Of a stretch of DNA of 13,703 nucleotides, positions 7,994 to 13,703 are shown in pieces; positions within the stretch are counted from its first letter, which is position 1; every line of letters begins with the position of its first letter. The DNA comes from Paraspadella gotoi. Its lineage: Eukaryota > Animalia > Chaetognatha. A program made the translations under genes and the position numbers. The DNA lies in the NCBI GenBank assembly GCA_051294375.1, contig JBJCIZ010000725.1, positions 1 through 13,703 of the forward strand. Reading direction: 5' to 3'. The notes below the pieces were generated by a model, which did no database searches, was not told the DNA's origin, and saw only the letters and a list, made by a program, of their open reading frames with translations.

Positions 7994-8389
7994 GCTCTAG
8001 CAAACGCAACTATGCTTGTCCACCCTGTGGACAGGGCACCTCTGGCCCTGACCGTTGACGCGTCACTGACGGCCATCGGCGGCGTCCTGGAGCAGAAGAT
8101 TGGTGGTCAATGGCAACCCTTAGGCTTTTTCTCAGCCCCGCTAGCTCAGAACCAGACAAAATGGCCACCTTTCGACCGGGAACTCCTTGCCACACACCGC
8201 TCAGTCCGGCACTTCAGGCCCTTCCTGGAAGGGCGCTACTTCGTTCTGTTCTTTGACCAGAACAGCCTAGTTCCCGCCATACGCAAGAAATCTGAGCCAC
8301 ACTCAATGCATCAAACATATCAATTATCTGCCATCTCCGAATACACAACAGACATTCGATAAATTGAGGGCAAAGCCAACGTGGTAGCG
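7994..8389 (+). pseudogene. pol: pol part 2: Ty3/Gypsy RNase H
   Basis: ALANATMLVHP...LTVDASLTAIGGVLEQ...WQPLGFFS...FDRELLA...VRHFRPFLEGR...DIR*IEGKANVVA; in-frame TAA at 8360-8362. Confidence 0.95.
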
Positions 8390-8639
8390 GAAATTTCAAA
8401 GGACAAATTCCTCCCAATCAGCGAGGCAGGCAGTGGCGCCGAACTGAAGGAAATCAGGGGGGAAGATATAATGCCTCTTGGTCGCAACGGTCAACCAGTT
8501 TGGCCAGAAAGGCGTCGATATGGCGCTTTTAGCCGGGTGGACCAGAAGTCTGAGAGAGAGATATAACAGCCACTCCGTGGAGAGAAAGCCGAATAGGATT
8601 CAAGATAAATATTCGCTCTGACAGATTGACATCATCTGT

Positions 8640-9655
8640 AAAGAATGTCAGTTCAGAGAAAGGGCGCGCCTTGGTATTCCCAACAACTGGAGGCCTTTCG
8701 AGTTTTAATGATGCAATCACACGAATAAGTACCGAGCGTTATAGAACAAAAAGAACTGGTAACAAAGAGCATTTGTTTGGGGGGAAAAAGCCGTGAGACG
8801 CGTCAGACGTGGCAAAATGGGCTCAGGGAGGGCTTGCTGACTGCTTACGCAACGCCACAAAAACCCACAGGTCCATAACAAACTTCCTTATTACCTCTCA
8901 CATTTTTTTATGTTTTTTCGAACAGCCCAAACCAATCGGGGCGAATTTTGAAACATAGATTGGTGGGTCCTTAGACATCAGACGGTTTCAACCGTACCTT
9001 TTTAACCTGTAGATAGACGTTTTTTTCTGCTGAGAGCCACGACAATAGAAGGCATTAACTCGAGCTTGGGATAGAGATCAATCAGAAGATAATACTGTAA
9101 GCCTACAGTATAATGGATCAGATTCGTTGTACCCAAGCACGGTATTCCGCGGTGGAGAAAATTCACTGTCTGAAATTGTGGCTCAGCTGAAGTCAGAGCT
9201 ATAGGCATATAAACATGCTGAACAAACGACAGTATCATATCCACATCATACCGAAACAAACAAACCCAGCGCAGGTGAAAGGGACCGAGGTCGAAACGGT
9301 TTACCGATAATAGAAGAAGGCATATTGAAGCAGATTGTGAAAGATCTGGGCAATTGGTTCAAGATAAACTGCAACATGGGTTCCTTATTAGGTCAAGAGA
9401 TAGAAACACAAAAGAGACCTAAAGCATCAAGCAGAACTTGTATTGGAAGATACAAATAGCCAGTTTTCTAGGCGAACTGGGAATAGGCATAAATCAGCCA
9501 ACAAAGAGAATCAACCAAAATTGAAGCTGCAAAAACTTAAGAGACTGACGTCTGCAATTGTTGAGACCAGTAGTTTCTAGTTGGCACTCAAACCCACCTG
9601 TTCATCTTCCTCCCAGTCTTGCCTCAGCAAACTGGGTTTTTTAACGCAAGACACT
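8640..9655 (+). pseudogene. pol: pol part 3: integrase, heavily frameshifted, truncated before the GPY/F module
   Basis: Motifs read across frame changes in the expected order: DAI..IS, KELVT, FVW, DVAKWAQ (8806-8826; HHCC region), ID-VGP (~8955-8971), TSDGF, YLL, DR, WI-RF, KLW, VE-RF, NWF, LLG, AELVL, GEL, HSNPPVHLPPSLASANWVF*RK (9585-9650). Confidence 0.8.
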
Positions 9656-10362
9656 CATGGCATAGAAAATAATAAATATTTTCTACATTATGAGCAAGCT
9701 TACCAGGTCCCAGACTCTAATAAATTAATTAATCTAATTAATTAATTCATTAAATAATTAATTAGGTGATTAAGTTATCGCTAAATTATTGTGAGCAGAT
9801 CCAGCATGGTTTGCTTAGACATGTTGCTCTACCCCACATCCTCATTGCATATATTTTTTATCTATACTAAATAACCCTAATAAAAGACTTTTTAGAAAGA
9901 ACAAAAGTAAATAGCCAATGTATTTCAACAAAATTCACTAATTTAATAAGTCAAAAGCAAAAATAAGTAAACTGAACATCCAAACTAATTTGCTATAATT
10001 TTTTTTGTTTCCTGTACATTTCCCATTCCTGTCTTCACAAATCAATTTACAATCCCATACACAACGCTTCTCTGTCAAGCCTGAAGATTAAATGAAGGAA
10101 TTGAATGCTTTTGAATGCATAATGTTATATTACTTGTTCAGTTGGGGTCTTTGTAAAACTAAATGAATAATTCTTGCATTATGAAATAAGCATAAAATGC
10201 TGATGGTAGAAATACGTTGAGTAATTAATTTAATATTTAATTGTTTAATTGATGATTAACCTATTGATCGATTGATTGAATGAATGATTAAAAAATTAAT
10301 TTGTTTTGGTGAACTAATTTTTAGATCAAACTTTTTTGTTGTTTTGATAATCATTTTTTTAG

Positions 10363-10760
10363 TTATGCCACGAGTACACACTAGACCTTTCCATATATGA
10401 AAAGTTTTGAAATCAAAAAACGAGTATTGTGTAAAAGGTGCCCATACATCATATGAATTTTTTGAACATTTTTTTTCAAAAAATAATTTACAGTAAATGC
10501 TGCCAACTTTGAAAAAAATGAAAAAAAATGGGAAAAAATGAACTTTTTGCTAAATATCTTTTAAAGCTTTATTGCAAGAGGAACGAAATCCAAACTATCT
10601 TGTAGAGCGGAAAAATTTGACTATGTTACATACCTTGCATTATAAATTAAGTGAGTTTTACTAAGTAAAATTATTTTTAAAACCTATTGTTTTAGGAAAT
10701 TTTTGATAAAATTGTTAAAAAATGATATTTTTAACAATGTTCTTGAAATATTTTTTGAAA
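10363..10760 (-). repeat. AT-rich dispersed repeat, copy B (uninterrupted; empty site for the TRIM)
   Basis: Reverse complement reads ...CTCACTTAATTTATAATGCAAGGTATGTAACATAG..., contiguous where copy A holds the 665-bp insert. Confidence 0.85.
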
Positions 10761-11271
10761 AATAATTATGGCGAATCGAATAAAGAGATAATTGCCTTTG
10801 TTTTGCTGAAAGAATTTTTAAAAAAGGATTATCGGTTATAAAAAGTTATAATTTTTTTAAATTTAAAAAAAATCACTTTCCTTAATAATTATCTTTATTT
10901 ATGAAGTTTAAACTAGGCAAAAAGGAAAAAGTAAATTAAAAAAATAGTAAATTCTGATTTGACAATGGGTAACTTTAATATTTTGTCCCACCAGGTCATT
11001 AAAGTTTTTTTTAAATTTTTATCATTTTATAATGGAATTATGACTTTTAAATGAGGTAGATTTTTTTTCTATAAAAAATAAAAAGAAAAATTGACAAAAG
11101 CGATCATTTTAGGACTAAGATCTGACGAAAACAGCCAGAGGTTTTTTTAATGTATTCTTATACCGGCAAATGTAGAATGATGGCAATATTGCTATTGTTA
11201 AGTTTCAAAAAAATCCGACCATAAATATAGAAAATATTAACCAAAATCTTCAGAAAATCCACCCCCTCTTT

Positions 11272-11802
11272 GGAAGATTTTTGCCATAGAAGATTTTTCC
11301 CGAATCTGACTCCTGGTTAAAAACTCTTAGAATTCCGATCTTAGCTCCTGTTTTACTTTTACTTTAATTAAAAATTTCACCAAAATGGACTAATTCACTT
11401 TACCATGATCATATCATATTAAAATAACCAAATAAAATGGAAAGAAAAATTTTGAGAGCCCTTCAGAGATATGGCTATTGGATTCCTGAATTCAAAGTTT
11501 ATTTTAAAATCACAACATACCTTAAATGCGTTTACATTGTATTGAAGTCTAGAAATCCCTTTATTTTATATATAAAAATTGCATCAAAAATATTTTTCCG
11601 AGTTGACCAGTCTGTTTGAATCTGATGGTTTGATGCCAAAATGATGGTTATTTGTCAAGTGGAAAAAAATGCGAGCTCTTGAGATGCAACAGGATCTAAA
11701 TCGAATGTTTTTACATCTATTTTTTACCTGAATTTTTCCCATGGGCGTTTACATTGTTTGGTAGTCAGATTTTAACAAAAATCTCCATTGAAAAAATCTT
11801 CC
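11272..11802. repeat. Imperfect ~42-bp inverted repeats (11272-11313 / 11760-11802), MITE-like
   Basis: rc of left arm GGAGTCAGATTCGGGAAAAATCTTCTATGGCAAAAATCTTCC vs right arm GGTAGTCAGATTTTAACAAAAATCTCCATTGAAAAAATCTTCC; related motif at 991-1030. Confidence 0.5.
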
Positions 11803-11926
11803 TCGATTTCTAAGAACAACGTAGACTCCTATAAAGGAGAACTTTTTTTTTGTATAACGTAACGTTTATTTTCATCAAATAATCATGAGCGACAAATATA
11901 AAATTACAGAGTTTATATGTAACACG

Positions 11927-12612
11927 NNNNNNNNNNNNNNNNNNNNNNNNNNNNNNNNNNNNNNNNNNNNNNNNNNNNNNNNNNNNNNNNNNNNNNNNNN
12001 NNNNNNNNNNNNNNNNNNNNNNNNNNNNNNNNNNNNNNNNNNNNNNNNNNNNNNNNNNNNNNNNNNNNNNNNNNNNNNNNNNNNNNNNNNNNNNNNNNNN
12101 NNNNNNNNNNNNNNNNNNNNNNNNNNNNNNNNNNNNNNNNNNNNNNNNNNNNNNNNNNNNNNNNNNNNNNNNNNNNNNNNNNNNNNNNNNNNNNNNNNNN
12201 NNNNNNNNNNNNNNNNNNNNNNNNNNNNNNNNNNNNNNNNNNNNNNNNNNNNNNNNNNNNNNNNNNNNNNNNNNNNNNNNNNNNNNNNNNNNNNNNNNNN
12301 NNNNNNNNNNNNNNNNNNNNNNNNNNNNNNNNNNNNNNNNNNNNNNNNNNNNNNNNNNNNNNNNNNNNNNNNNNNNNNNNNNNNNNNNNNNNNNNNNNNN
12401 NNNNNNNNNNNNNNNNNNNNNNNNNNNNNNNNNNNNNNNNNNNNNNNNNNNNNNNNNNNNNNNNNNNNNNNNNNNNNNNNNNNNNNNNNNNNNNNNNNNN
12501 NNNNNNNNNNNNNNNNNNNNNNNNNNNNNNNNNNNNNNNNNNNNNNNNNNNNNNNNNNNNNNNNNNNNNNNNNNNNNNNNNNNNNNNNNNNNNNNNNNNN
12601 NNNNNNNNNNNN
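11927..12612. other. Assembly gap
   Basis: N run. Confidence 1.
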
Positions 12613-12794
12613 AATAAAACAAACAAATGCGTGTATGAGTGAAAGCGAGAGAAAAAGAAAGAGAGAGAGAGAGAAAGAAAAAGAGAGAGAAAGAAAGAGA
12701 ATAAATCCACAAAAATCTCGGATGTAAATTTGGGATTTTGAGAAAAAAGCACGGAATAAATGGCGATAATAAAAGTTTTTAAAAGGAAAAAAAT

Positions 12795-12835
12795 AATCAA
12801 AATTTTTCAAAAAACGATCACGCAAAAGATTGTAC

Positions 12836-12866
<31 letters not shown>

Positions 12867-12893
12867 GACAGAGAGAGAAAGCTGGACAGCAAC
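12795..12893 (-). repeat. (CT)n-containing repeat segment homologous to ~2772-2875 and ~1688-1730
   Basis: rc reads GCTGTCCAGCTTT(CT/GT)n..TACAATCTTTTGCGTGATCGTTTTTTGAAAAATTTT, matching TACGATCTCTTGCGTGATCGTTCGTTTTTGAAAAAAATTTT at 2832-2872 and GCTGTCCAGCTTT at 1692-1704. Confidence 0.7.
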
Positions 12894-12968
12894 TGACAAT
12901 AATAGCAATAAAAATATAAAAATAATTCAAAGAAATAAAAGAAAGGAAAAAAATGTTACAATTGTTTA

Positions 12969-13128
12969 NNNNNNNNNNNNNNNNNNNNNNNNNNNNNNNN
13001 NNNNNNNNNNNNNNNNNNNNNNNNNNNNNNNNNNNNNNNNNNNNNNNNNNNNNNNNNNNNNNNNNNNNNNNNNNNNNNNNNNNNNNNNNNNNNNNNNNNN
13101 NNNNNNNNNNNNNNNNNNNNNNNNNNNN
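12969..13128. other. Assembly gap
   Basis: N run. Confidence 1.
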
Positions 13129-13205
13129 NAATTAAGATATAGCTTCTCATTAAAAAGGTCTTTTGATTTACATGTTTTTTATTGATTCAAAGATTTTTTT
13201 ATGAT

Positions 13206-13333
13206 TTTCATTTTCAATATTATTTACTGCAATATGTAAATTAGATTAAAGCATTTATATATAATAATTTGTATAATATTTTGAGTACTATAATCTCATT
13301 TGCATATTGCAGTAAATCATAATGAAGTGGAAA
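13206..13333. repeat. Imperfect palindrome (43-bp arms, 42-bp spacer), MITE/foldback-like
   Basis: Left TTTCATTTTCAATATTATTTACTGCAATATGTAAATTAGATTA vs rc of right TTTCCACTTCATTATGATTTACTGCAATATGCAAATGAGATTA. Confidence 0.75.
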
Positions 13334-13357
13334 TTCAAACAAAATATACTTAAATCC

Positions 13358-13389
13358 TATGGTGGATTAAAATCCACCAACCGTTCATC
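13358..13389 (+). repeat. Isolated copy of the TRIM LTR 5' tip (hairpin)
   Basis: TATGGTGGATTAAAATCCACCAACCGTTCATC closely matches the first ~35 nt of both TRIM LTRs read on the minus strand. Confidence 0.75.
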
Positions 13390-13536
13390 ATATTTCAAAG
13401 CTATTTCAAGATGAGAAGCCAAATCAAAATTTTTAACTTACTATGATCGCACACTTTTATAAAACTTCATCGTAATTCATAATAATTTTTATTTTAAAAA
13501 AAAACGGTAAGTCCCAGCCAAAACTATAAAAGCGTA

Positions 13537-13703
13537 GTAGTTTTTATATAAAAACTGCGTGACGCCGACGACGACGACGACGACGACTATGTCACAAAGA
13601 AGCAAAGCCGGTTCAGGCTCGATAAAAATGATGTCCGTCTGTCTGTCTGTCTGTTTGTCCATTCCACCTTAGCAAAAAACACCAATTACTTGTGATTGGA
13701 TGG
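13537..13703. mobile_element. Probable non-autonomous rolling-circle (DINE-1/HINE-like) element end with microsatellites
   Basis: Palindrome GTAGTTTTTATATAAAAACTGC (13537-13558), (GAC)7 at 13567-13587, (GTCY)n-like tract at 13633-13660; GTCY tracts are typical of Helentron-associated elements. Runs off the window. Confidence 0.4.

Larger units (their letters stand above)
4073..9655 (+). mobile_element. Ty3/Gypsy LTR retrotransposon, 3'-truncated (no PPT or 3' LTR seen)
   Basis: Domain order gag-PR-RT-RH-IN, PBS at 4359, gag/pol -1 frameshift site. Left boundary is inferred because there is no second LTR to align. Confidence 0.93.

Noticed and set aside
7188-8076. Long ORF-track entries of 257-273 aa
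   Set aside because: Almost entirely X from the N-gap; not evidence of genes.
8390-8880. Minus-strand ORF 8529-8720 considered as a LINE endonuclease-linker remnant
   Set aside because: No diagnostic LINE motif; the plus strand gives FVW and DVAKWAQ at the position expected for the integrase zinc-binding domain.
9058-9422. Plus-strand frame with GHIEADC, first read as a Copia-type gag knuckle
   Set aside because: The same DNA carries ordered Gypsy integrase-core motifs across frames, which is a better explanation.
9715-10300. TAATTAATT-rich tracts resembling 950-980
   Set aside because: Low-complexity AT sequence; similarity is not informative.
10380-10406. Helitron 3' end (hairpin + CTAG-T) on the minus strand of repeat copy B
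   Set aside because: The hairpin is AT-rich, copy A has CTAA, and similarity between the copies seems to continue past this point.
11810-13185. Long ORF-track entries around the right-hand gaps
   Set aside because: Made of N-gap plus (CT)/(AG) microsatellite translations.
1-13703. CRISPR array, retron or other prokaryotic defence system
   Set aside because: No regularly spaced repeat-spacer array or operon-like gene packing; the only RT is Ty3/Gypsy-type in a eukaryotic repeat context.

Overview
AT-rich, repeat-dense eukaryotic (probably invertebrate animal) non-genic DNA from a gapped draft assembly, with four N-gaps and stretches of dense single-base indels that look like uncorrected long-read gap-fill. 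No host gene or prokaryotic system is supported. Main contents: (1) a 3'-truncated Ty3/Gypsy LTR retrotransposon (~4073-9655, +) with putative 5' LTR, PBS, gag, an intact -1 frameshift cassette (G GGA AAC + stem-loop), a protease with an atypical DGG active site, RT, RNase H, and a heavily frameshifted integrase that the ORF track misses; (2) a 665-bp non-autonomous LTR element (TRIM, 3007-3671, -) whose two LTRs each carry a tRNA-like Pol III promoter module, nested in an AT-rich repeat whose uninterrupted copy lies inverted at ~10363-10760; (3) an inverted pair of minimal hammerhead ribozyme motifs at 1-144, typical of Penelope-like element termini; (4) several local duplications, palindromes and microsatellite-bearing repeats. 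All alignments and translations were done by eye, so boundaries are approximate.
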